Part shown: positions 49,073 to 59,043 of the stretch, in pieces | How the letters are laid out: each line of letters begins with the position of its first letter | How positions within the stretch are numbered: position 1 is the stretch's first letter | NCBI GenBank assembly: GCA_001600695.1 | Contig: BCKQ01000001.1 | Coordinates: forward strand, 590,717-654,716 | Reading direction: 5' to 3' | Source of the DNA: Ascoidea asiatica JCM 7603 | Lineage: Eukaryota > Fungi > Ascomycota | Length of the DNA stretch: 64,000 nt | The notes under the pieces: model-generated | Told to the model about the DNA's origin: nothing | The model's database searches: none | What the model saw: only the letters and a program-made list of their open reading frames with translations | Translations under genes and position numbers: made by a program

Positions 49073-52000
49073 ATGGATATAAATTCATTTTTATTAAATC
49101 AACATCAACAACAACAAAATTTAAATAATAATATTGATTTAAATTCAAATCAACAAAATGAACAATTTTTATTACAACAACAACTTTTAAAACAACAAAA
49201 TGAACAAAATGAACAATTTAAAAAATTAAATTTACAAAAAAATCAAAATAATCAAAATAATCAAAATAATCAAAATAATCAAAATAATCAAAATAATTTT
49301 AAAAAAAATGATGAAAAAACTAAACATTCTTTTAATTTCTCATATACAAAATCAAAAGAAAATAATGAAAATTTAAATAATAATGAAAATATTGAAGATC
49401 CTACTCTATTACAACAACAACAGTTACTTCAACAACAACAACTCCAACAGCAACAACAAATGATGATGATGCAACAACAACAGCAACAACAACCTTCAAA
49501 TAATATGAATGTTCAAATTCCTCAAAATGAAGACTTTATGGATGATGATGAAGAAGATGACGATGATGAAGATGATTTTTCTGATAATCCAACTAATCAA
49601 ATCAATCAATCTCCTATAAATGATGGAAATATAAATCATAATAATAATAATAACAATAATAACAATAACAATAATAAAATCTCAGATCCTGATTTTCCAA
49701 CTTATTTATATCCATCTTCTTTAATTAATGAAAATTCAAATTCTTTAATGGATAGAAAAAAATATAAAGATTATCCAACTGGTTTTATTTCTTATCAACC
49801 AAATAATTCTTTATATAAATTAAATCAAAATGCTAATAATCATTTATCAAATAAAATTGATGAATATTTTAAAAAAAAATATATTATAAAAAATTTTAAT
49901 AAAAATAATAATAATAATAATGATATTTTAAATAATTCTAATTTTCAACAAACTGAAAATAATTTAAATTTATATAAACAATTAATTAAAAAATCTTTAA
50001 ATGATATTAATGGTATAAAATTAAATCCTACAAATAACAATAACAATAATAATAAAAAAAATAAAAATAATAAATTAGATAAAAATTTATTTAAAAATTA
50101 TTATAATAAAGAAATTGATAATTTATTATTAGAAAATTTATCAAATTTAGATGATTTAAATTATGATGAACAATTAAATAAATTCTTATCAATAACTAAT
50201 GATTCAAAAGATAATGATGCAGATAATGACGAAGATGATGATTATGAAGACTATGATGACGAAGATGATGACCTTGACAAAGATATCACCGATAATAAAC
50301 ATAATAATAATAATAATAATAAAGGTTTAAAAAAAAAATTGAAAGAAAATGATAATAAATTAATTGATTATTTTAATGATTTAAAAAAATTAGGTTATTT
50401 AAATGATAATGATATTAATCTTGAAGATTTAAAAGTTTTATCACAATTAGAAAATGAAAAATTATTAAATTTTCAAAATAATTTAAATGATCAACAAATT
50501 CTATTAAGTCAAAATGCTCAACTTAATCCATTATTAAATAAATCAAATCAACAATTTCAAATACCTGAAATTATACCTTCAAAACCAAGACAACTGAAAA
50601 TTAATCAAGATTCATTAAGTCTGATTAATAATTCTTCAATTTCTTTATCTTCTTCAAATAAATTCTCAATTTCAAATCCAAATCCAAATTTGAATCCAAA
50701 TCCAATTTCAAATAAAAATATTTTATTGATTATAATTTTACCAATTACTGAACCTTTATTTCCAGATTTAATTATTCCAGATTTAAGAATTATTAATCCA
50801 ATTCAAAAACAAGCTATAATTCAAATGTCAAATAATAAACAATTAATTGGTTTATTTTTTATTAAAAATCAAAATTTTAAAGCTTTTGATATTATTCATG
50901 ATTCAAATGATATTCATGAATTTGGTATTTTGGCAAAAATTTTAAAATATTCTTCTTATGATGATAAAAAAACTGGTTTAAAACCATTAATTGTTAAAAT
51001 TAAAACTTTAAAAATTATTAGAATTGAAAAGTTTATACCACCTGAAAAAAAAACTGAAGTTTCAAATGATTTAATTTCAAGAAAAAATTCTAGATTAGAA
51101 TTTAAAACTTATGAAGGTATAAATTTAAAAAAATTAGTTTCTTTGGCAAATGTTTCTGTATTAAATTTCAAATATAATGTTAAAAATTTACCTGAAATTA
51201 AATCAAATTTAGAAAAAATTTTAGCTAATGTTTCAAAAATTTATCATTTTAGTAATATTAAAAATTCAAAAACTTTTAAATCGAAATATGATGAATCATT
51301 TTTGAGTTTTTTTAAAGATTCAAAATACATTGTAAAGAACAACACATTTCATAAAAACAATAAACCACATAATTTATTATTTGAAGATGAATTTGATTCT
51401 AATTTTGAATCAAATCCTGATTTTGATAGTGATTCAAGTTTTACTTCAGAAACAGAAGATTTTTATAATAAAAAAAGAAATAAAAATAAAAAACTTACAA
51501 GAGAAAATAGCTTTACTGAAAAAGTAACTTATAAAGCTAGTCCTGATTTTTATTCAACTTCTAATGATACTATTGATGAAATTATTAAAAAACTTTTATT
51601 TGTTATTGATATTTTGAAACTTTATTATAAATTAAAACATATTAGGGATTTTGATTTAAATTATCATTTGAAATTGAAGTTTCAAGATATTTTAAAAACT
51701 TTGAAAGTTAAAATTATTTCAATAAAAGTATTATCAATGCTTAATGAAGAAGTTGCTGAAATTGATGATGAAATTCCAAATGCTTTAGTTCCTAAAATAG
51801 TACCAAATTTTCCAATAGAGAAAAATATTACTTCAAATGGACCTTTAGATCCTCAGATCACTCAAATGTCCGAGATTGGTAGTGAGCTGGTTTCTAATGC
51901 ACAAATCCCAGAAACTAAAATTGAATTACCAAAATCAATAGCTGAATTAAAGAAGAAAAAAAGAGATGTATCACTGGGTTCTGATAGTCCAGAAATTAAA

Positions 52001-52858
52001 GCTTCTGGTGGTACTAATGTTAATTATAAAGGTACAACTGTGACATATACGGGAAATCCTGTATTTAATATAAATTATGCCGCTAAGCCTGAAGATGTAT
52101 CTAATCTTCAAAATACAATGACAAATCCAGCTCAAATTCAAAACCAATTAGGTGCTCAAGTTGGAACTCAACTTATGAATTCTATGGAAATGGGAATGAA
52201 TGGAGAAATGAATTTATTACAAAATCAACAACCTAATGAATTAAATGGTTTAATAAGTAATAATCAAATGAATCCATTTTTGGCAGCTCAGCAAATGAAT
52301 CAAGAACAACAATTAGATCCTAATATAATGGCTGCTATTGGAATGAATAATATGCAAAATGATGGACAGTTAATACAGCAAGCATTGTTACAAAATGCTC
52401 AACAAGGAATGCCTCAAGGTATACCACAAGGTATGGGCCAAGGTATACCACAAAGTATGGGCCAAGGTATACCACAGGGTATGGCTCAAGGAATACCTCA
52501 GGGAATGGAGCAAAATATAGGAGCAATGAATCAGCAATTACAATTTCAAATGATGCAAGATTCATCTAATGTACAAAATCAAATAAATGTTCCTTTAGCT
52601 GGTGGTGGACAAATGGTTGCAAATGAGAACATAGATGCTCAAATCGAAGCATTTAAAATGCAACAAGCCATGCCTTTAGGTCCTTCAAATACTGGAACAA
52701 TTGGTAATCCACAAGGAATGATGATGCAACAAAATTTCAATCCTCAAAGTCAAAATCAAGGTCAAAATCTTCCACCATTTTTACAACAACAATTAGGACA
52801 ACAGCAATTAGCTCAACAACATTTGATGCAACAGAACATACATAATTTGGTAGCCTAA
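49073..52858 (+). CDS. Q/N-rich protein with stand-alone Pim1/Lon N-terminal substrate-binding domain (Lon-N protein 1)
   Basis: 1261-aa intact ORF; segment ~50711-51760 (LPITEPLFP...LIGLFFIKN...DIIHDSNDIHEFGILAKI...DKKTG...IRIEKFIPP...VSLANV...FQDILKTL...VLSMLNEE) parallels the yeast Pim1 N-domain; no Walker motifs or Lon protease motif. Confidence 0.85.
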   Translation: MDINSFLLNQHQQQQNLNNNIDLNSNQQNEQFLLQQQLLKQQNEQNEQFKKLNLQKNQNNQNNQNNQNNQNNQNNFKKNDEKTKHSFNFSYTKSKENNENLNNNENIEDPTLLQQQQLLQQQQLQQQQQMMMMQQQQQQQPSNNMNVQIPQNEDFMDDDEEDDDDEDDFSDNPTNQINQSPINDGNINHNNNNNNNNNNNNKISDPDFPTYLYPSSLINENSNSLMDRKKYKDYPTGFISYQPNNSLYKLNQNANNHLSNKIDEYFKKKYIIKNFNKNNNNNNDILNNSNFQQTENNLNLYKQLIKKSLNDINGIKLNPTNNNNNNNKKNKNNKLDKNLFKNYYNKEIDNLLLENLSNLDDLNYDEQLNKFLSITNDSKDNDADNDEDDDYEDYDDEDDDLDKDITDNKHNNNNNNKGLKKKLKENDNKLIDYFNDLKKLGYLNDNDINLEDLKVLSQLENEKLLNFQNNLNDQQILLSQNAQLNPLLNKSNQQFQIPEIIPSKPRQLKINQDSLSLINNSSISLSSSNKFSISNPNPNLNPNPISNKNILLIIILPITEPLFPDLIIPDLRIINPIQKQAIIQMSNNKQLIGLFFIKNQNFKAFDIIHDSNDIHEFGILAKILKYSSYDDKKTGLKPLIVKIKTLKIIRIEKFIPPEKKTEVSNDLISRKNSRLEFKTYEGINLKKLVSLANVSVLNFKYNVKNLPEIKSNLEKILANVSKIYHFSNIKNSKTFKSKYDESFLSFFKDSKYIVKNNTFHKNNKPHNLLFEDEFDSNFESNPDFDSDSSFTSETEDFYNKKRNKNKKLTRENSFTEKVTYKASPDFYSTSNDTIDEIIKKLLFVIDILKLYYKLKHIRDFDLNYHLKLKFQDILKTLKVKIISIKVLSMLNEEVAEIDDEIPNALVPKIVPNFPIEKNITSNGPLDPQITQMSEIGSELVSNAQIPETKIELPKSIAELKKKKRDVSLGSDSPEIKASGGTNVNYKGTTVTYTGNPVFNINYAAKPEDVSNLQNTMTNPAQIQNQLGAQVGTQLMNSMEMGMNGEMNLLQNQQPNELNGLISNNQMNPFLAAQQMNQEQQLDPNIMAAIGMNNMQNDGQLIQQALLQNAQQGMPQGIPQGMGQGIPQSMGQGIPQGMAQGIPQGMEQNIGAMNQQLQFQMMQDSSNVQNQINVPLAGGGQMVANENIDAQIEAFKMQQAMPLGPSNTGTIGNPQGMMMQQNFNPQSQNQGQNLPPFLQQQLGQQQLAQQHLMQQNIHNLVA
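52403..52513 (+). repeat. Oligopeptide repeat (Q-G-I/M-P-Q-G-M-x) in the Lon-N protein 1 C-terminus
   Basis: QGMPQGIPQGMGQGIPQSMGQGIPQGMAQGIPQGMEQ; 24-nt unit caaggtataccacaaggtatgggc. Confidence 0.9.
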
Positions 52859-53153
52859 ATAATTATTAGGTATCAACTATTAATCTTTAATAATTTCTTT
52901 TTCAAATTTTCTTTATTATAAAGAAAAGACATTTTGCTTTCAGAACCTTTTTTTGTATCCAAGTAACTTTTATATTATAGTATACCGATAAGGCTATGTT
53001 TATGCAGTATATACAGAGAGTAGTATATTTCTTTACATTTTTCATATCTCATTTTTATCTATTTTTTTTTTTCATATTTATCTTTATCATTATCATTTTC
53101 TTATTAATTTCAGTTTTGTTCTTTATAGTTAAGATAGTTTAATGAAAATTTAG

Positions 53154-54275
53154 TTAAAATTTATCTATTTTAGATATAATTAAATAATATGAAATATTGT
53201 AATTATTATCCATATTATAAGTAAATCCACCAATTTTCTTCAAGCATTTTAAATTTGGACAATAAAATTTTCCAGAATTTGGCAAAGAATATGAGTTTTG
53301 AAAAAATTGAGTTAATTGTGGTTTCATGAACTCTAGAAGCAAACTAGAAGAATATAAAAAAGGAGAAGATGACAATATTTTATATGTTGAAGCTAAATTA
53401 AAAATATCATTTTGTTTTGAAGATAAATTTATTCTACAATATTTACATTTGAATGATGTTAGATTTATAGGATTAATTTCAATTTTTAAATTCAATAAAA
53501 ATGGATTATTTTTTATTTTTAAATTGAATTGAAATAACCATAATTGATATAATGGATTATCTATGATAATTGAATTCAAATTATCTAAAGAAGGATGATT
53601 ATTATTGTTTTTGATTGAATATAAATCTAAAAGTTTTTGAAATAATAATAATTGAAATTTGAATGAAATATTTGGATAAGGAATATTTTTATTAATTCTT
53701 TTTCTTTTAATTGAATATAAAGCAATTTTATAAGATAATTTGAATTTCCAAATAAGATAAGATATGATTATTGAAACACTTCTGGAAACTCCAGCAGAAC
53801 AATGAATTAAAATTTTTTCTTTATTTGATAAAGCTAAATTTATTAAAGAAATTGAATTAGTAAAAATTTCCAAAATATTTTGAAAATATTCATCTTTGAT
53901 TTGAAATTGATTACAATTATAATTAGAATCATTTAAATAAAAAGATGGAATTGATTCACCATTTAAAATACTTAATATATTAGTTATTTTATAAATTTTC
54001 TTCAAATCAATTTGTGATTGTAATGGCTTATAAGAACTTAAATATATTCCGGAAATTATTCTATCGATATCAATTTCCTTCTGTGAAATTATATCTTTTG
54101 CTTGAGTAGTTGAATTTAGACTTGAATCTAGATTCAAATCTAAGTTTGAATTTGATTCAGAATGTGAAATTTGAGTGTTATTAATATTAGATTCTTGTTG
54201 AATAGAAGTTTTTTCAATATTGAATAATACATTTTTAATAGGAGTAAGATTTATATCTGAATCTTTTTTTGGCAT
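53154..54275 (-). CDS. Yvh1/DUSP12-like dual-specificity phosphatase with a degenerate C-terminal Zn-binding domain
   Basis: DRIISGIYLSS, ILIHCSAGVSRS (HCx5R), IKRKR..PN.SF..QL.LF; C-terminal FKCKYCR...GKFYCPNLKCLKKIGGF...SKIDKF. Confidence 0.85.
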   Translation of the reverse strand: MPKKDSDINLTPIKNVLFNIEKTSIQQESNINNTQISHSESNSNLDLNLDSSLNSTTQAKDIISQKEIDIDRIISGIYLSSYKPLQSQIDLKKIYKITNILSILNGESIPSFYLNDSNYNCNQFQIKDEYFQNILEIFTNSISLINLALSNKEKILIHCSAGVSRSVSIIISYLIWKFKLSYKIALYSIKRKRINKNIPYPNISFKFQLLLFQKLLDLYSIKNNNNHPSLDNLNSIIIDNPLYQLWLFQFNLKIKNNPFLLNLKIEINPINLTSFKCKYCRINLSSKQNDIFNLASTYKILSSSPFLYSSSLLLEFMKPQLTQFFQNSYSLPNSGKFYCPNLKCLKKIGGFTYNMDNNYNISYYLIISKIDKF

Positions 54276-56528
54276 ATCTATAATTATTCCTCAAAAGAAA
54301 AAGAATATCTAAATAATAAAAATTAAAATCTTCTATAGAATTATTGGAAAAGAAATTATGAAAAGAGTAAATTTAGAAATATAAAAAACATTTCGGAAAT
54401 GATTAAAAAATTGATTATTTAACTTTTAAAAATATTAACGACTTTTAAATCGTAAAATTTCCAGTTCACCAAATATTTGTGATTTAAATTAAGTTTTCAG
54501 TATGCATATAGAAGTAGAAAAAACAGTAGGAAACATAAACTTTTTTTTGGGGGTTCGTGCACAAAAACAAAAACACCGAATAATAATGCTTTTGTGTTTG
54601 TGATTTTGGTCAAAAAGGTGATCTATTTGAGGGTTTAAACTATCAAATAAAGAAATAACTATATGTCTACTCCATTTATACATATTAAATAAAAATTATA
54701 ACAGGAAGGCAAGTTACCCAAAACAAAAAATTACCCGAAAATTATTTAGAAAAGACGCCGTGAAAACACCCAGCACCGATTTCTGCAGGCGTGAGCATTT
54801 AAAACGGCGCTTTCAGCGGTACTAAAGAAAACAAAGTTTTTTAAAAAGGCTCAGTGTGGTCAAAACCGGTCCGGAAAAATCAAAAAAAGTGTATAAAAAA
54901 AGACACTCGCCACAATTGTTTTTGGCTGCTGCAAGAAAGCCTGCAGCTTCCGGTTCCGAAGGAAAGTCTATATTTTTATTTTGCAACTTTAATAATTGGA
55001 AGACTGGCTCTGTCTAAATTTAGAAGCAAGTGGACAATGGAAAAATATTTTTTTCACAAAACTGCAAAAGATCACAACAAAGAAACAAAATTGCCAATGA
55101 GAAAAGCTTTTGCCGGCAGAGTTTTTACTGCTGCTGTAGTAAATAATACAAAATATTTAAGAATTGTGATGATGATAGCGATAGATGATGAGGATTTACC
55201 TCTAAGCGAAGTTCTAATGACTCTTCAAAAGGAGCATTTACAATGATGTTATGATATCATTTCTTTAAAAAACATATAATCAAAAGAAATTAGAATGATA
55301 GTATTTTTTTATCTTTAGTAAAAACTGCTTTAAACAGTGATCATAATTAGCTAATGTTTTTATATCCTTATGGAAATCATGAATTCAAAAAAAAAAAAAG
55401 AATTATTGTAATTATTTTTATTTCATTTGTGTATGTGTATTGATATCAGTTGGTGAGATAGATAATTATGTTCTAATAAAAGATAATACAGTATACTCTT
55501 AAATATTCTTAAACTAAATTTAAACAACAGACATTATAATTTATCGAGATTTACTTCCCAGGTGAGAAATATATAAGACATTGATAAGTTCCTTAAATTT
55601 TATTGTTCTTCATTATTCAAACTATCTAATTACACAAATACTTGAATATATTCAATATAATTATTACTCACTTCACTTAAGAGTAAATAATATCCTATCA
55701 GCATATTCATTCATATCTTATCAACAATAAACTAAATCACCTCATTAATAAACTAAAATATTTTATCCTGGTAGCCTTTTCCTACCAACCACTCTATTTA
55801 GCTTATCTTTACTATTATTATATTTTATATCATCAAATCATTTATTTATCAATCAAATATCGATAATATTAACACAAATCCAAAATTACTATAATCCTTT
55901 CAAAATTTTAGAAATTAAAATAAAAGGCTCTTCATAAAATATTGAAAGACATATTAATCATTATCAAACTATTTATCCTAATCATATAAATCATTCAATT
56001 TACTTCAATATATTTACTCCAATAATCCGATCTTATTAGTTTGTTGCCTTGAAATAAAACAATAACTTATTGCTGGTTATACTTTGATTGTATCTTCACT
56101 TTACTTTATTTCACATCAAATAAGACATATCTCAATCAAATTTAACTGAAATCATTCAAGATCACCAATTATCAATTAAATATCAATTAAATATATTAAC
56201 AAATAACTCCCCCTTTCAATTTAAATAATCTCAAATTATTATAAATCAATCTAATTCAATCTAATTCACTTCAATTCACTCTAATTTACTTAAATTTAAG
56301 ATATTTTGAAAATTCGTATACCTATAATTAATTTTACTGGTCAATAAAACTCACTAGTTCAAAATAATTTTATATTTTAATATTATAATATTATAATATC
56401 TTATAAACTATATTTAACCTGAAACTGGAAATATAATTAAATCTAAATATTGTCATTATTATTAAGTATAGTGGTAATTAATAAGTTTACCATTCAAAGA
56501 GTAAAAACTTTCATCAAAATTTATTAAA

Positions 56529-58601
56529 ATGTCTTCCTCAACAAATAATAATAATTCTGATCATTCTGATCATTCGAATAACTCCAATAATTCAGATAAT
56601 TCAAATAATTCTAAGAAAGAATCTGATAATTCAAGGGATAGAATATTCATACCTTTATCTAAATATCAAAGCTTTATAACTCCAGGTAATATAAATTTCT
56701 TAACAAATTTAAAATTGTCAAATTCTTATTTAAAATCATTATTAACTGCTTTTACTTCAAATACTTTAATCGCTGTAAATATATCAAATCCTTTTAATTC
56801 AAATATTCATATATCAAAAAATTCAAATAATAATACTACTGGTTATTTAATTAAAATTCTTAATTTAAATTATATCCCTTTAGATTCTTCTTATTCTTTT
56901 TTATCTTTTTTACAGTTTCAAACCATACAAAAAATTAATATTGATTTTATAAAAAGTAATTCTTTTCCTTCTATTCAAGTTCAAAACGATTTTACTTTTA
57001 ATAATCAAGATCAATCAAGTTCAACTTCTCAATCTCAAGAACCAAAAATTATTGAATTAAACGAAGCTTTTTTTAACAAAATGAAAGAATCTGCTTCAAA
57101 TACTTCTTCCAATACTAGTAGTAACAAGGTTAATAATAATAATATCAATCAAAATAATAACTCCAATACAAACTTTAATAATGATATTACTGAAATTAAA
57201 ACAAGTTTAATGCTTGTAATTCCAACTAATATATGTCTATTCCCAGGAATGGAAATTAATGATATTAAAATAACAAATCCAATTCAAAAACAAGCAATTA
57301 TTGAAATTTCAAAACATAATTCTGAATCTGTTAATCATAGAATTGCATTTTTTTTAATTAAAAATAAAAATAATTTATCTAAAAATGATATTGTTACAAA
57401 TATGAATGATATTTATACTATTGGTGTTTCTGCAATCATTTCTTCTTTTAGAATTTATATTGACCCAATTTCAAATTTAGAATGTTTAAGTTTAAATATA
57501 ATTACAAAAAATGTTATTCAATTAGTTCAAATTATTTATCCTGTAACAATTAAACAAAAAAATGATGATTTTGAACAATATGAAGGAATCAATTTAAATA
57601 AATTGGTTTGTTTATCAAATGTTCAAAAATTAAAATATAACTTTGATCTTTCAATACCTTCTAATATCACTATTTTACAACAAGTTATGAATTTAAATAT
57701 GAACAATTTAGTTTCATTAATAAATTTAACTCAATCTGAGGCTTTTATAATTTCTCCATTAAAAAATTTTAAAAAATATTTCAAAGCATTATTCAAAATT
57801 TATAAAAATGATTTTATTTTTTATTATTCGGAAATGATAACTTTAAATAAAGATCTGGAAGAAGATGAAGAAGAAGAAAGCTTGAGTTTAAATAAAAAAA
57901 TCAATTATACTCTTCAAAATTTATATGATTGTTCAGTTGATTCAATTGATTTGATAATAGAAAAACAAACTTTTTTGGTGGAACTTTTAAAAATATATTT
58001 CAAATTATCCACACCAAGAACTTCGAATTCTGATAATGATCTAAATCATGAATATAATATCAAACTTCAATCAATTTTAGAATCATTGAATCTTTTTGAT
58101 AGATCAAAAATATTGTCAAATATTTTTAACAAGGAAGGTTTAAAACTTAAATTTAAATTGGTTATTAATGATCAAAATGTCACTGAAAAAGTTGAAAACA
58201 ATGCAACTCCTAAAGAGATAAATAATGAAAATGAACAATCAAGTAAACAAAAGTCAATGAAAAAATCGAAGTCTGATATTCAATTATCTCAAAATGCATT
58301 TTCCAAATCAGAAGATAATCTCAATGAAGTTCCTAATAATTTTGATATACCTCTAGCTCCAGAAGAACCAAGTTCACCAATAAGAACTCCAATTTCTCCT
58401 CCAGCAAGTTCACCAATTATTTCAAGAGTTCCTCTTACTCCAAAATCAACTATTGTGAATGAATCAGTTTTTATCAATAAAAATCCTGATAATAGATTTT
58501 CTTCATCAACATGGCCACCAATGTCAAAGACCAAAACAGAAGAAGAAAGAAATTTTTACTTTCCATACGTAGCATATAATACTACTCCTCCTTTAGCTTA
58601 A
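56529..58601 (+). CDS. Stand-alone Pim1/Lon N-domain protein (Lon-N protein 2), paralog of 49073..52858
   Basis: Shares NPIQKQAII, YEGINL.KLV.L.NV and ID.II.K..F...LK.Y.KL with protein 1; CLFPG, IAFFLIKN, DIYTIGVSA.I and LQSILESLNLFDR parallel the Pim1 N-domain; P/S-rich tail; no AAA+ or protease domain. Confidence 0.85.
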   Translation: MSSSTNNNNSDHSDHSNNSNNSDNSNNSKKESDNSRDRIFIPLSKYQSFITPGNINFLTNLKLSNSYLKSLLTAFTSNTLIAVNISNPFNSNIHISKNSNNNTTGYLIKILNLNYIPLDSSYSFLSFLQFQTIQKINIDFIKSNSFPSIQVQNDFTFNNQDQSSSTSQSQEPKIIELNEAFFNKMKESASNTSSNTSSNKVNNNNINQNNNSNTNFNNDITEIKTSLMLVIPTNICLFPGMEINDIKITNPIQKQAIIEISKHNSESVNHRIAFFLIKNKNNLSKNDIVTNMNDIYTIGVSAIISSFRIYIDPISNLECLSLNIITKNVIQLVQIIYPVTIKQKNDDFEQYEGINLNKLVCLSNVQKLKYNFDLSIPSNITILQQVMNLNMNNLVSLINLTQSEAFIISPLKNFKKYFKALFKIYKNDFIFYYSEMITLNKDLEEDEEEESLSLNKKINYTLQNLYDCSVDSIDLIIEKQTFLVELLKIYFKLSTPRTSNSDNDLNHEYNIKLQSILESLNLFDRSKILSNIFNKEGLKLKFKLVINDQNVTEKVENNATPKEINNENEQSSKQKSMKKSKSDIQLSQNAFSKSEDNLNEVPNNFDIPLAPEEPSSPIRTPISPPASSPIISRVPLTPKSTIVNESVFINKNPDNRFSSSTWPPMSKTKTEEERNFYFPYVAYNTTPPLA

Positions 58602-59043
58602 TCTATAAAATCTACTGAATAAAAAAGGAATTTAATCTGTCAATTATTTTTAAATTTCTTAGTTTGTATAATCACTCTCGCTTGTCTGTTTTTTTTTCAT
58701 TTCTCTTTTAAAATCTGCATTACTTTTTCAATCTTATTTATTATTGTTTATCTCTTTGTTTTTGTTAATTATTCATTGTTTTTCTTCTGAAGTCATAAGT
58801 CATTATTTATTATGTTTTTTTTGTTTCATTTTTTTTTTTCTTGCTTTTCATTACTTCTACTTCATTAAATCATTTCACTTTCAAAATTCTTATTCTTACA
58901 TATATAATCAATAAATTAAAATAATAAAAATTAAAAAAAAAAAAATTAAAACCAAATTGTATCGAATTAAATAAAGTAAAAAGGATTTGATTAAAGTAGC
59001 ATTTAAAAAAAAATAAAAACTTAAAAGATCATTCAAATTCAAT

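Noticed and set aside
54854-55246. 130-aa ORF between the phosphatase and Lon-N protein 2
   Set aside because: GTG start, atypical codon use, lies in a GC-richer promoter block; no homology recognised
49073-58601. Fragmented or pseudogenised full-length PIM1
   Set aside because: Both ORFs are long and uninterrupted, each with its own N-domain copy; no AAA+ or protease remnants appear in the ORF track nearby
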